From contig NC_092675.1 of the NCBI RefSeq assembly GCF_964355755.1, positions 6,071,812 through 6,135,811 on the forward strand: 64,000 nt of DNA, in the 5' to 3' direction. Each line of letters starts with the position of its first letter. Positions within the stretch are counted from its first letter, which is position 1. The notes under the pieces were generated by a model that worked only from the letters and a program-made list of their open reading frames with translations, had not been told where the DNA came from and ran no database searches. Position numbers and translations under genes: made by a program. Below, in pieces: positions 24,601 to 38,200 of this stretch. The DNA comes from Antedon mediterranea. Its lineage: Eukaryota; Animalia; Echinodermata.

Positions 24601-27600
24601 CATTTGACCATCTTCCACACTCCTTGTATATATAATATATTCCCCAGTGCTTTCATCAAACATGAATACATGAACGCTTGAATGTGAAAAATACTGAGTA
24701 ACGAACTGCGATTAATCAACCATCAATCGGTCGATTACTATTTACTTTAATGAATACAACAGTTTATGGATCCTGACATTCATCTGCCATATTGATTATT
24801 TACTTATTGATTGGATATTTGAAAGAATTGTTACAAATTACTCTAAGTTGCTTGAATGTTACAATAGTTTAATCGAGCATAACTGTGTACACCTGTGAAG
24901 CATGTCTAAAACCTTTTTTTAGTTCATCTTATTATAAGGCCTATATTCTTCAAACAAGAAAGAGGACTAACTTTAGTCTTGTGCCACTAAGTTTCCTGGA
25001 GTAAATCTAATCTAGGACTTAAGTTTAATCAAGCCTATCTGTTCGACCTTGTGTGTATTTTACTGTCTAAAGGCCTGTGGTCGTATTCACCAATCACACT
25101 TAAGTGAGATATTTCCCTTGAATAAATGAAAAGTATTTCACTTAACTCAATCAATCCCTAAATGGTATTTACTTAGATAGGAGATTTGATTAATTGTACT
25201 GTATTAGAGTAATTTTTTCTCTTAGCCTAAATCTTGGTTCTCACTAGGACGCAACGCAAGAACGTAGACGCAACGTAAGTGAGTTGACCAATCATAAGCG
25301 ATGGATTATTCGAACTGTCGCTTGCCATTGGTCAACTCGCTTGCGTTGCGTTTACGTCCTTGCGTTGCGTCCTAATGAGAACCAAGATTTAGTGTCAATG
25401 GTAAAAATGGCCACTGAGGCCTAATCTGGAGTCTTCCTTAAATCCTGAGCACCAAATGATCTCCCTTATTTTTCAAACCGTTTCCTTGAGCCTTAAAACA
25501 TTATATTAAATAGTTATATAATTTTTGTTGAAATTGCAGACGAATAAGATGTGACAGTGACTTTGAACATCTAAATGTAACGTGTACACGATTAAAAGAA
25601 CAGTTGGAACAACAACAACGAGACAATGTTGCACTGGTGGAGAAAGAAAGACAACTCATGTCACAAATTAAAGGACTTAATAACAAACTCAAAACTACAA
25701 AAGAAGATGTAAGCAGTGATATTTTATGTATTTTAATTATAAATATAAAATATAAATATTAAAAATGTATTGTCCCAAAGAAACATGGAAAATGAAGATT
25801 AATAAAATCTTCTGTAAAAATCAAAATTTTAAAAAATGATTTAACTTATAAAATGACAAATGAAATGGTTAATTTTAACCAAAAACCATTATATGGTAGA
25901 CAATTTAAATTTATTTTGCTTTAAATTACATTTTTTTTTCAGGTAAATCATTTTTTATTTTTGATCCATTTTTAGGTCAAAGTGAATAACTATTATGTGA
26001 CATCATTGTGACAAATTGGCATATTCACAACAAAAAAGTCAACACAATTTTTTTTAGGGGGACAATATATCTTTAAAAAATTAAGAAAACTGTTAATTTT
26101 TAAACTAATAATTATATGAATCTATTTGTGCCTGCATGTTTATTTGTTTTTATTGGAATGTTTTTCTCTTAACTGCAGATAAAGAAACTTGATGGTGTTA
26201 ATAAGCAGAGAGATGTACAATTTAAACATGACTTAAAAAAGAAGGAAAGAGAGGCTAGTAAACTAAAGGAAAGAATTCATCAACTACTTACAGATAAAAA
26301 CCAAGAACGACGAATTGGTACGTTGTATTAATTACACATTCTAATTAAAGACCAAAGCTGCCAGAATACGTACACTCCCTTTCCAAATATTTATAATGGA
26401 GCACTCTGATATACTGTATGTGCTCTACAGGTCAATTTCCAATTAAAAACCTCTCTAATTTAAAGTTTAATTCAAAACATTAACATTTATTCCAATTAAG
26501 GACCAACTAAAGGACCAAAATCAAAAGAAAATATCCCTACTTCACATTCTATAGTCTACTGCCTAGATTACCTGGATAAACCAATAGTTCTTGAAAAATG
26601 AGCTACCAAAAAGTAATAGAATCCTTGAGCCCACCTCTCCATAAATGGTATAGTCCATTAACCATACTCTCATGGTGGAGCTTCCCCACTATCATCAGAG
26701 AATTGTTGGTTTATCCAGGTAAACAGCCCTCATTCATATACGCCTTTCACATCGTCTCCAGAGTTTTAATAATAGGAAATGCCCAAATATGGCAATGATA
26801 TGCTTAAATACGGTAGTGATATGACATCTTGTCCACATTTTTCTGTCACATAAAATTTGATAGTGTAGACAATGCTTAAAGCTACACTATCACACTACCA
26901 TATTTGGGTACATCACACATTTTTTGTCAAACTAGTTTGATAGTGTAGACAGAGCTTTAGACTAAGAACACCATATACAGTATTATGATGATCTACATTT
27001 CATCTATGTTATCTTTCAGGTATGGATATTCTAAATTCTATACAAAGATCAGATGGAAAAAGAAGCAAGTGGAAAACAGGAAGAACAGGGGAGAAGTAAG
27101 TAACAGTTATGGAGTACTGTGGCGCAGTGGTTAGAGTTGTCGGTTCAAGCCCCGGCTCGGTCACTGCAGTGTTGAGTCCTTGAGCAAGATTCTTTATCCA
27201 CATTGTTCCTCCCCACCCAGGTGATAGAAATGAGTACTGGTATGTAAAAAGTACTGGGAAGGTAAATCAGACTCGTTTGTGCGGGAGGAGTGGTGTACCC
27301 CCCACAAACATACACACTTAGTGGAGTCAGGCCCAAACGCTAAAGAAATGGAGATGGGCACCACGGCCGTTAGCATTAGCTTAGGTTTCCACTTTACCTT
27401 TACCTTAAATAACAGTTATCGCAGTTGTATAATAGATTGTCTTGACATATGTTTGACCTTGACCAAATACATAGTAAAATAATTGTTATGTAAGATACGC
27501 GGAGTTAAGGGGGGTGGGGGGCATATATTAAATATATATTAAATTAATGCTCAGTGAAATTTTCAAAAAGGCATTTTAATTGAAGTACATTATGATATAA

Positions 27601-30600
27601 TATTTTCTCTTTCACAATGAAAGGTTACACTTTGAAATCCAGGCAGGAAACTTGAAATCAAAACTTGTTTTTACTGCACTCAGGCTATGCAAACAAAATC
27701 AGCAAATCAGTCGACCATTAAACTAAATAATATTTTGATAATTTTTTTTCTTCAGACATGAAGAGGACATGTACAGACTTATAATCACAAACTATGAAGA
27801 ACGGCAGGAAGAATTAATGGTTGAAAACCAAGAACTTCGAGAATCGTTAGGGAACATGCAGAAAGAATTAGTAGATCTTCTAAACCAACAGACATTTTCA
27901 AAGCCAGAAAGTAACAAGGTAAATAAGGTCATCGAATTGTCCTCCATAATTATGATATGTAGAAATATTCCACCTTTCTCCTGTTGACCTCGTAAATTTT
28001 CCCATAAGGCAGCAGTACAATGAAAGTATTCATTGTCAAGTGTAAATATTAATTGAGTAATTAGGAAGCTGTGTTGGCTGTGTTTTATCCATGGTCCATG
28101 GTGACTTAACCAGATGTTACTAAGTGTTTGTGATTGGAGGCCATTATAATTATGCATAGACGATAGGTTTTATTATATTAAAGACTACCCTGGATCTGTT
28201 AAGGTATCAGATCATTTTTCTTATGTTATAGTTAAAGATAATATAATACACACTAATGTGATGTTTAAACTTATTTTGTATCAATCCAGTTAATATTTTT
28301 TGTCCTAATATAGCACACACAAATGTGATGACATACAAATAAACAGTTTATTATAGAATAATTATCTTATAACTTATTTTGTATAAATCCAGTTAATATT
28401 TCTTGTCCTAGATTGGCCTATATTTTTGGCAGATATTTCATATTCAACATAGAAATTTATTAGCAACCCCATACAAAAAAAGTTAAACAAAAAATGCTGG
28501 GGAATTATATATAAATAACATATAATTTTTTTTCTTTTAAAATATTTTTAATAACTATAAATCTCAAAGCTTGTCTAAATGCAAGATATTTTTGTTTTAT
28601 CACATTAATTTTAATTATAAATTTTAGTTACAAGATGGCGATGAATCTATGGAGGACGATCATTCCCAAAATGCATCTGACGAAGAGTTGTCCTCGGGTC
28701 ACTTTCAAATGCCCTTTGACATGGTCAGGGAAGGAATAGAGAGTAGTATGCGAAAAAAGTGGAGAAAATTGAAGGAAAAGATTCGTAAAATGGAAACGGA
28801 AGCTCAGATAGAAAATAAAGAGAACGCTTACGTAACAAACAATAACAATCCACAATCTGAAATGAACAAAACTGGACAATCTGAAATTGATCAGTTTCAA
28901 AAACAAATCTATAAATTGCAGTTAAAATTAAAAAATTATAAGGAAATCATAGAACAACAAGAACAACTATTACAAGTAAGTTTTGATAATAATTAATACA
29001 AATTGTATGTAAAATCATTATTCTAGGCACCTAGTGGAACTGTAGATTGGTGGTTGCCTTCCAATTCCAAGGTCCTCGGTCCAATCCTGACCTAGTGCCA
29101 GGGTTGTAACTCACAACTCTTTCAACTCCACTCCCTAAGCCTCAAGTGAGACTTAGTTTTAGCACGATAAACTACAAAATAGTTTATCCATCCTGTAATT
29201 GGCGAGTTCTCGATGTTGGATGTGTATGAAATTTTAAAATTAATGTCTCTCAGACTTTCTGCCAAATATAATATTGCCCTTGCCGCCTAACCTGAATTCA
29301 AAATCTTGCATTATTTGTTTGTTTATGTTTTGTTTTCGTTGAAGTTCCCACCCACCCTATTCCCGACAGTCTTTTCAGAACTAAATATGTGGTGTACCGC
29401 AATCTTTATATCAATACTTTGACGTTTCTTCAGGGTTAATTGTTAGATGTTTGTCATACTCTGTACTAATTGTACTTTGTATAACAGATAACTAACCTAC
29501 GCTACTTAAAGTCTTGTTGGTGCAGTAACTGTTGCTTAAATGAGCTCGAATCTAGCCCTACCAATCAGTGCAAGCTCGGTGTTCGTCAACATTTTTAAAG
29601 ATTTCATCGTGTATTTTATTTCAGAGTGTTTCTTCGCCAAAGTCAGATGAAAGTTTTGTGCAATTCTTGAAAGATTCTCATTTACTAGAAGAAAAAGATT
29701 CGTTTGCAAGAGAGAAAGAAATATTCTACCAGCAGAAGGCTACGTTTGAGCAAGAAAGGAGGAACTTCACAGAGGCTGCAATAAGGCTAGGCCATGAGGT
29801 AAGTTGTTAGTCTCCCAAGGTAAACAGAATTCTGCAGACAATTGCAAGTGTTTTAATTTTACGGGAAAACAGTTCGAATTAGTGACTTGTTAGTCTGTCT
29901 TTGTTCAATCTTGTTTTAAAATTAAATTTATTTTTTTTACAAAAAGGAATTACAAAACCAAGTAATATAAGAAACCTCCTAGGCAAAAGGTTACAATATG
30001 ATGAAAAAAATAAGCTATTTCCTTCTTTCACTGCTGTGATATTTGATATTTGATATTTTGTGATATTTGGTCTCTTTGCTGTCTCCCATTTTCCAGACGT
30101 AATATTTTCAAATTTAAACCACGTCACGTCACAGTACTATAATTACTAATATCGTTATTATTAAATTTCATTTTTTTTTTTGGCGTAAAAGAGGAAAAAG
30201 TTTGAGGAAGAAAGGTCGACATTTCTCCAACATCAAATGTCTATATCACCGCAGATGAGCAACCCAACTCCACCACCCCTGAGGCCTGCCAAGTCTATCA
30301 GTAAATCACCTAGTAAGTATCTCAGTGTCTTTAAGTAACATTATTTGTTAATGTTATTATTTCATACACAGCCACTGTTGTGAATGTGAGGGAGCACCTG
30401 AATTGGCAGGAATGACATAGTATGTCCTTAGGGGAGAAGAATATAGTTGAAAAGTGTAATAGCTAAGTCCACAGCACCAGTATGGATCTTTGAAATGCAG
30501 TGGCGTACTGACTATGAGCGCTCACTGGCTAAACCCAGGGGCCCCTGAGCTTATGAAGCACCTGAGCAGTGCCCAGAGGAAAAAACAGGCATTCAAATAT

Positions 30601-31939
30601 GTCGAAAAGGCTAAAAACACCTGAGGCCTCCAGCGCTGAAGGGCCACTTAGGGTTCCTAAACCAGGGGCCTCAGGTCTCTACGTTACGCCACTGTTGAAA
30701 TGGCGCTATATAAATGTACATTACCATTAGATGAAACTAGATCAAACCAATTTAAAGGATAAGCTCTATCTACACTATCAAACTTGATGTGATGTTCCCA
30801 TATGGACATGATGATGTCATACCACTACTGTATTTGGGTATATCACTACCATATATGGGCACATCACATTTTTTTGTCACATAAAGTTTGATAGTGTAGA
30901 CACAGGTCTTGATCACATTAAATATCAAACTCTCTTTTTTACAGGTCCAAATCTCAGCTCATCAGAGATGTCTTCCAAAATGAAGAAAGATCCTATACTC
31001 AGTACACCGCCCTCATCTCGTCGTATTTCTAAAATCGCGACTCCATCCACAGTAGAGCTTTATAGAGCACTTAAACTTACGTCAGAGACAGGTGAATGCC
31101 TTAATGAGTAAGTGTTTTTCATTGAAAACATTGTTTTAAGTCAATCAAGAAATAAATCAAAGTATAGACAGATCCCCAGCAGGCACATATCTAAAGCAAG
31201 AACGATCCTAGCTTAAAAGGCAAATCACAGAAAAATGTATAAAAACTTTTTTTTAATAAATATAGACTGATAATCTTTATTCGAAGCTTAACTTTTCTAA
31301 AAACTTTTAAATAATAAAAAATATTAAGTAACATGCAATTTTTTTTAAATACACTGTGTAAAAAGACAATATCAGTCTCTGACTTGTCGTGAACCAAAAA
31401 CCATATCCTTGCGAAACAATTTATACAAATTACAATTCTCTTACTTTTTTAGTTCCCAAGAAAGTTTACGTGCCAAGGTTCTGACGCATTCTCGGAACAG
31501 TCCCAGACTTGTCCAAGAACAGAGATCATTTTCTAGCGAAGAGCTGCGAATAAAATCATTTAAAGAAGACCCTTACCCACGACCGTCGTCACAATTATCA
31601 AGAGGCGAAAAGCATTCACGGCAAACATTGAGACATCACAAGCAATCTTCTCATCGCTTATCACGCGAGAGTTTGAAATTGTCCACTACCGATGTCCGAG
31701 GAAGTACTAGCAGTTTAAATTCAGTAGGTAGTGATTCAAGTCAAGGTTCAAACAGTGCACGTCCAAGCACCACCCATCGACACAAGAGTACGGTAGGACC
31801 AACGATGAAGCGTGGTGGCCGAGAGCTTCCGCTAGATCCTAAAACTGCGAGAAAAGCTGAACAGCATAGAGTCAATTTGAAAACGTCAATGACGCGTAGA
31901 GATAGGAGTGCTACTAGAAAGGGTTCAAGCGGAAAGTAG
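15676..31939 (+). CDS. SSX2IP: Afadin- and alpha-actinin-binding protein (SSX2IP/ADIP/Msd1), coiled-coil centriolar satellite protein, 736 aa
   Basis: Exons 15676-15888, 20016-20173, 25540-25708, 26179-26317, 27020-27095, 27756-27918, 28628-28975, 29625-29798, 30192-30312, 30945-31107, 31453-31939. All GT-AG, 2211 nt, in frame. Motifs FCTRDNIDQCVSYLDQE, HDLKKKERE..KLKERIHQLL, RSDGKRSKWKTG, FEQERRNFTEAAIRLGHERKKFEEER. Alternative upstream in-frame ATG at 15658. Confidence 0.9.
16981..17295 (-). mobile_element. Partial inverted copy of the Kolobok-like element at 60115-60740
   Basis: ctggcaaaaacagaaagataattaatgcagcaacta..ggcctacaaaact..gtccacgagagg..aagacaaggaatgac is the reverse complement of about 60115-60450. 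Confidence 0.85.
18964..19717. mobile_element. pogo/Tc1-mariner-like MITE hosting the 33-bp array
   Basis: TA|CAGTATAACTCCT .. AGGAGTTCTACTC|TA termini. Related non-amplified sequences at 20211-20318 and 61705-61852. Confidence 0.6.
18971..19664 (+). repeat. 33-bp minisatellite, about 21 near-identical copies
   Basis: Unit actcctcctttgagacacccttattcaggtggc from 18971, last unit starts at 19631. Only G>A (3 units) and T>A (1 unit) variants plus a 1-nt insertion in the last unit. No spacers. Confidence 0.99.
20319..20634 (+). mobile_element. tRNA-derived CORE-like SINE with L2-type tail
   Basis: TGGCGCAGTG (A box), GGTTCGAATCC (B box), core gtatccgtaggcaagatacttta..ctccacccaggtgtataaatgggtacc, tail tgtaaagcgcc..gcgctatataaat(tat)n. 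Inverted copy at 48655-48952, degraded copy at about 47675-47860. Confidence 0.85.
22207..22410 (+). repeat. 26/28-bp minisatellite, about 8 units
   Basis: Two 28-bp units cattcaaccttcataaaaatattcttcc, then 26-bp units cattcatcccataaaaatattcttcc. Confidence 0.95.
25231..25388. mobile_element. MITE family B (near-perfect palindrome), representative copy
   Basis: Arms cttggttc(c/t)cactaggacgcaacgcaag..ttgaccaat / attggtcaa..cttgcgttgcgtcctagtgggaaccaag. Other copies at 38165-38337, 49415-49535 (partial) and 56889-57037. Confidence 0.9.
27111..27409 (+). mobile_element. tRNA-derived CORE-like SINE with RTE-type tail and 10-bp TSD
   Basis: TGGCGCAGTGG, GGTTCAAGCCC, gtccttgagcaagattcttta core, tail ctttacctttacctt. 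TSD TAACAGTTAT at 27101-27110 and 27410-27419. Confidence 0.85.
30498..30694. mobile_element. Non-autonomous hAT-like element with 8-bp TSD
   Basis: TIR CAGTGGCGTA..TACGCCACTG; TSD TTGAAATG at 30490-30497 and 30695-30702. Confidence 0.9.
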
Positions 31940-32180
31940 AATCTAGCTGTAGCCTTATGATGAACAAGACAGATTTGAAGTGACATTAAAGTGACATTTA
32001 TTTTTTTTTTCCTTGTGAGAATGAAGCAATATAATAATGTATGTTGAATGCTGATGTGGTTATTTTGTTGATAGTAAGTTTGAATCTCTATACAGTTGTC
32101 TGTAAAGGTTATAGCCAATATGTGTGTGTAACCTTTAATTTATGGAGTGGGATTGCTAACTTGGTCAGCAAACAAGAATG

Positions 32181-32228
32181 ACTAGGTTAGTTACTGACTA
32201 GGTTAGTTACTGACTAGGTTAGTTACTG
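32181..32228 (+). repeat. 16-bp tandem repeat x3 in the SSX2IP 3' region
   Basis: actaggttagttactg x3. Confidence 0.9.
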
Positions 32229-35200
32229 ATAAGTTTTGAAGTTTGAAAGAAGTTGCAGAATATCTTGATAATAGAAACTGTTACTTATTCTATTTACATA
32301 GAAAATGGTTAAATTAATGGAAATGATCTTAATAATAGTTTAGAGTAGTTCAATGAAACATAAAAAATAGTGTTTATATTAACATATTTCGATCACACTG
32401 GAATCAGAAGCAATACACAACTGAATGATATATAATTTCAAATATAAACATTGTTACACAAATAAAGCCAGTTGTACTGTATTGCTTTACAACTTATAGT
32501 AGCATTTTTAAGATGATAAATATTCAGCCATGTTTCTACAAACAATACTAAATCACCTTTATTTAAACATGATGGCATTTGATAAATTAATAAATCAATT
32601 ATTCTTACCAGTTTTAAATCTACAATCTATAAATGTTATCTCACCTACTCTTAGCAGCGCAATATATCTTAAAATCCGTCCTTTTGGCTATCTAAGCATC
32701 AATTTTTTAACATAGAAAAATAAATAAATATACAGAATATATATATATAGAGAGTAAAGTTATTAAGCCTTAGACTCTTTTCCGTAAACATAGTAGACTA
32801 TATAAATCTATATATAATTAATTCAATTGTTTTGAATTATATACTAGATTTACAAAACTAATTAAGATTTTTATATTAAAAATATGGTACAGTTGTATTG
32901 TTTATATGCACCTCATTATATGTATGTAAATTTCTATAAAAGGATTTGAGAGACAAGAACAGACATGTTTGCAATTGTCTGTGCAATATTATAGTTTATA
33001 ATTTATACATCAATTTTTGTATATGGTTCATTATTAAAAATAAATCATTTTAAATGGTATTATTTACAGTTGATTATAAATCTAATGATAGTAGTTCTAT
33101 ATTTGTCTTCCCAGTAAAGATATAAATGTATACAACCCAAACTGATATTATTGTGATACGTTTAATATCCACTATGCCCTTTATTTTTTATGACTGACTG
33201 ACTTTAAAGCAAATGATATATAGCATGTGTGTACTGTATACTATATATTCACTTTTTTTCTTGCCATTTGCAGTTTCAAAAGTATGCATTTAATTTGTTT
33301 TTACAAACAGTCTTTTTTTTTTGTTAGATACAAAATATATTAATTCCATTTTTAGTTGTTTCCATTATCTTTCAAAACTTCCACATTTTTGGTTTCATTT
33401 CGTTCATTATATTTAGACTACATTCCGTGAATTATTCTCAGTACTTTTCTAATTTAATTTATTAATATGGTACCATTTAATTTATATCATGTTTGTCACT
33501 ATATAATGTGTTTTAATTAATTTAATTCAAATGTTTATGTTTAATGAAATTATTCACTTGTCTTCCTTGTAAATTGCCACTCCCCTGCCACACCTTTAGA
33601 TAATTGATATGACAGTATATAATATGTCTTGATATGCATATTAAATTTATTAAATGTATTGATACAAATAATTAATACTACAATTCTACCAGAATGCTAC
33701 CAAAAGCTATTACAGCGTGTGTATTTTTATATATAGGCATTTGAAACAAAACATTTAGTTTAAATTTGTTATAATGGGTTTATAAATCAAAATCTTGATT
33801 CAGTACTGTGTGTCTATTCATTTTTTATTTGATATATGGGATAGATTGATAGGAACTAATATTGTATGTTATCAAAAATATCAGCAAAATATTGGAATAC
33901 TTTTTTTATCACCTTAGATTAGAATAAGCATAGCACTTGCTTGGTCTGTAACAGCCTTAAGAAGGTCTGCGGTGCTAAATAGATTAAGTGGTAGCTGGTA
34001 TTAAAGCAATTTTTGGGTGTGGGAAGGTTTTTGGTTGTGTAATTTAACCAGTGAAGTAGAGATGAAAACAACAGACTGCCTTAAGTTTGGAATAATTTAG
34101 ATGAGGTGGGAGAATGATAAAAACAAATTATTTAATGTATTCTATTGTATATTTTGGTATTAAAATGGTTTTTTTTTGTGATTGGTTAATTTCAAAATGT
34201 GGCAAAAAAAACATATTTGGATTTAAAATATTAGATTGATGATGATTGGTGAATTTCAAGATGTGTGAAATACCATATTTGGATGCGAGATATGATAATG
34301 TGGTCATTTGATTTAATGTAGTTTGAATAATGTAGTTAATTTGAGAACATGAATTCATTAGACTATCCAAAAGAGCATTGAATGCTGCCAAGTGTGACGA
34401 GTATGTGTGTGTGCGCTTGCTGGTCTGCTAAATACTACAGTATAACAAATTATTTTTTGATTATGTAAATAATATAGAATTTATGCTTGTTTGTTCTTGA
34501 AAATTTTGCACTAATAAATAAATATCAGTCTCAATATCTTGTTTGTGATGTTACATTTGTTATGTTTTCAAGATTTAAGAAATTTTATTGGTCCCATTTA
34601 AAATGGAAAATAACTTTGCTTGGCATAATTAAGACAATAAAACAAAAAGAAAAGGCAATGTTAAAATAAGATGTGCCATAATAATAACAGGATTTGTATA
34701 GCGCACATACCACTCAAGAGTGCTCAAGGCGCATTTAAAATAAAAAAACAAATCATACAAATTCCTGACAAACGTTCTGTCGAGGTCCCGGACCCCTACC
34801 TAGGTGACCAAACAAAGGAGCAGGATACACATTTGCCTTGCCACAGACGACCGGGTGCTCAGAGACAACAACCAAGACAGAGGCACCCCAAAGATAATGC
34901 TGGCCAGGAAAAAGTATACTATATTGAAAGAACGGATGTAAAAAATGGTTTCAATTTGTGTCGACAACAAACAACAATACATACAACGTATTTAAATTAG
35001 CAAAATTTATTATTTTATTCACAGGATATACAAGACAAATTTTATTGATTGTTCAATTTAAAATCACAATCCTGGATTGCATAATATCTCCTCTTCATCA
35101 ACTGGCTGGCTTCCTGATAAAGTTCATTAGTTCAAAACTAGAATTCTATTCGCCATGACCCATTATTTATATTAGATACGAAACAAACTCCACAATATCG

Positions 35201-35255
35201 CCCTCCGATTCAGGAGTGCAACAAATTTCCTCAACGTCATATTAGGTTCTCCATA

Positions 35256-38200
35256 CTATGCATCATCCAACGTTACTCGGCCTAACTCTCCTTTACGGAA
35301 TGCCCGCAACATCATATCTGCAGCTCTAAACATATCCGGCCTTCTCACAACTGAACCTGAAATATGTATGTTTTGCAGTTACCACATTACTGACAACAAT
35401 AATACATTGAAAGCAAAGGATTAATTAAATAATAGTCTACTTTAGAAAAGTGTTGTATTCATTGATGAAGAATAGAATTGAAGAATATTTGCATTCATTG
35501 AAAATCTGTCCTAACTCGGCTTTGCCTTGTTATATTAATTAGAACAATCTTTCAACTCATGAAAGGTCCCCTGCTGTATACAGTAGTATTGCTGTTATTT
35601 ATTAATAGTAATGTAAATGAAATAAAAGCTGAGCTCATCTGGTTGATGTTATTACAAACAGTAGTCTTTGCTTTTGTGAAAGATATTAGAACAAAAGACA
35701 ATTTCTTACCATCATACGTTTTTAATAAGATAGTTTTCTTTTGTTTGTCCGCTATGTGAAATAAAACTTGCATAATATCATCTGTAGGGCTGTCCAACTC
35801 AAAATATTCAACATATCTATACAAAAAAGTCAGTATTATTTTTACAAAAATAGCAAAAATAGTTTCCCATGCTTAGCTTATTAATATACATTTTAAAAAT
35901 TGATTTTAAAATTGCAACATTTTATAATTTACTTATGGATTTCTTGTTTGTTGAGTATGTATAGCAAATAATCACAGATAATATCGATTCCAACTCGGTG
36001 ATCTGGTATCGTTCCTTAGTAAAAAAGAAAAACAAATGAAAGCACTCAGAAACTGAGTGAAGTACTTTGCAAAATATATCAGGGAAAACTATATTTGGAG
36101 AGAGAGGGCTTACTACTTGATATTACTATTGATTGATATAATATTACTACTAGTAGTACTAGCCCATGTTAAAAGGATACAGAGGGCGTGCTATTTAATA
36201 TCTCATATGGAAGATACAGGTAAGTCATAAGCTTTTGTGACGTGACCAATATATCAATTCTTTTGAAAATCAATAGGCATGTTCTGTAATTATATATCTA
36301 TTAACTACTTAAAAACAAACAAAGTAAGTACTTTTCAAAAGCTCTGTCTACACTATCAAACTTGTTTGACAACAAAAGTGTTATGTGCCCATATATGATA
36401 GTGATATTTCCAAAAATGGTAGTGATATGACATCACCATGTCCATATGGGCAAATATTGCCAAGTAATCCCCTTCACATACAGTAAATTCACACTTTCAA
36501 TTTTGTTCATAAAGCTTCATTTTGCCTGAAATATTTACAATCTATATGACAGCCTATGACCCTAAAGATCATGAAAGGTCAATTATGCAAGAGAAAACAA
36601 GCCTACTTAAAGTATAAGAATTTGGCCTTACCACAAACAGCTAGTTTCATACCAATATCTGGATGTTGTATCTGTGGAGTGAGGACTCCTGGTGTGTCGT
36701 ATAACCATATTGTCGGTCTTTCGTTCACCTGTAACAGTATAGAGCAAAGATTGTTATTCTTTTTTTTTTACTTTAGGAGTGGTTAGGGAGGAGTAAAGAT
36801 GGAGAGTACAGTACAGTAGTGGCATATACAGAGGAGATTATACATTGTGAGAGTCACCCTCCACAATTGCAGTAAAATAGCATGGACAAGAATCAACAGG
36901 CGTTGGAACAGGATTGGATAATTATGAGACAGACAGACAGACAGACTCCCATGAGTTGCCCTACACTGGACTTCTAAAGGACAAAGAGTTGGTGTTGCAC
37001 TAATGAGGATGGGACCCATTTGATGCCTAATAAGCTTTACAATGTCAATCAGTCGCATATAGTTGTAGTATCATAAAGCCTCTGGAATTCTAATTTTAAT
37101 TAATGTTTCTAAGCTAAAATGTTATTACATTCATAAAGTTTAAATATATCAATTTTATTCAAATGAAGTGACCATACACACAAAATATATTTTTGCAGAT
37201 GCTGAAATAATGTGTAGTCAACTAACCTAACCTAAAAAATAATATTATTAAAAACTTGCTTTAATTTTATGTAAAACAGATCTAGTTACTCCTGGTGTTG
37301 GTGCTGTGCTGGTTCCTCTTCCTAGAATCAAAAGATATTACGTATAAATAACGTTGGGCTTTTTAGTTCACAACAACATACACCAGTCCAGTTGAAAGTA
37401 AACAATGAATAAAATTGTTTAACTCAAACGTTTGGATTACATTTGAACTACTATGGATAAGCAAGCCTGTGAGCTACAGCGATTTTAATTGCTTTTGCTT
37501 ATCCTTGCCTCCTTAGATTTTCACCTGTCTTGTTTTTGTTAGTTTGTTTTAAATGTATTTCGATTTTAAAGGCTAAATAAAGAATGAATGAATGAATGAA
37601 TGAATACTAATTCCAACGTTTTACCTTTTTTTAAATGTAGTCTTCTCATTGCATTAATCAAAGATGACTTCCCAACGTTTGGTATCCCTGTACACAAAAT
37701 GGAATATTCCACTTCTTCATCCCTGTTATACCTTTCACTAGATTCAATTATTTCAACAATTTTTGGCATAACCTTGAAAAGGATTATTTATGTTAGAAAT
37801 TAACTTAACTATGATACCATATTAACAATTTTATATTACCATATATCCTCGGGTATAATCCCACTTCACGTCTAATCCCACCTCCTACTTTATGTCTGAT
37901 TTCACAAACAGGAATATACTCGGGTATAATCTCAGTATTAACTTTTGATCTGTTCTGATGAGTTTTTACAAAAAATACTTACTATTTTTTTTTTTCCTGA
38001 ACCAGGCTTTCCCAGGATATTATCCCACTCTCCAAAGTCAGCCCAATTTCGTGTTCTAGGGGTGGGAATATTCCTGAGGATTTTTTTTTTTAGACTCTTG
38101 CAGATGTTGTCATGTGTTCATACTCTTGTTTGTTTGTTTGCACTGTATTTCCTCATTGTTTATAAAGCGTGGTTCCCACTAGCGACGCAACGCAAGGACG

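Noticed and set aside
27792-28906. Antisense ORFs opposite exons (also 31741, 45851, 48027, 53840)
   Set aside because: Shadow ORFs of real coding exons, with no independent splice or homology support.
29026-29100. tRNA-Gly(TCC) gene
   Set aside because: GGCAC..GTGCCA ends and a CTTCCAA loop are tRNA-like, but the D and T arms are broken (GGTCCAATCC). At most a decayed SINE head.
31091-31097. Alternative donor CAG|GTGAAT in SSX2IP exon 10
   Set aside because: Phase 1, incompatible with the phase-2 acceptor at 31453. The GTAAGT donor at 31108 fits.
35170-35258. Stop-codon readthrough of MTG1
   Set aside because: TAG-T context, a short downstream frame and no recognisable motif; the protein already ends at the conserved LD terminus.
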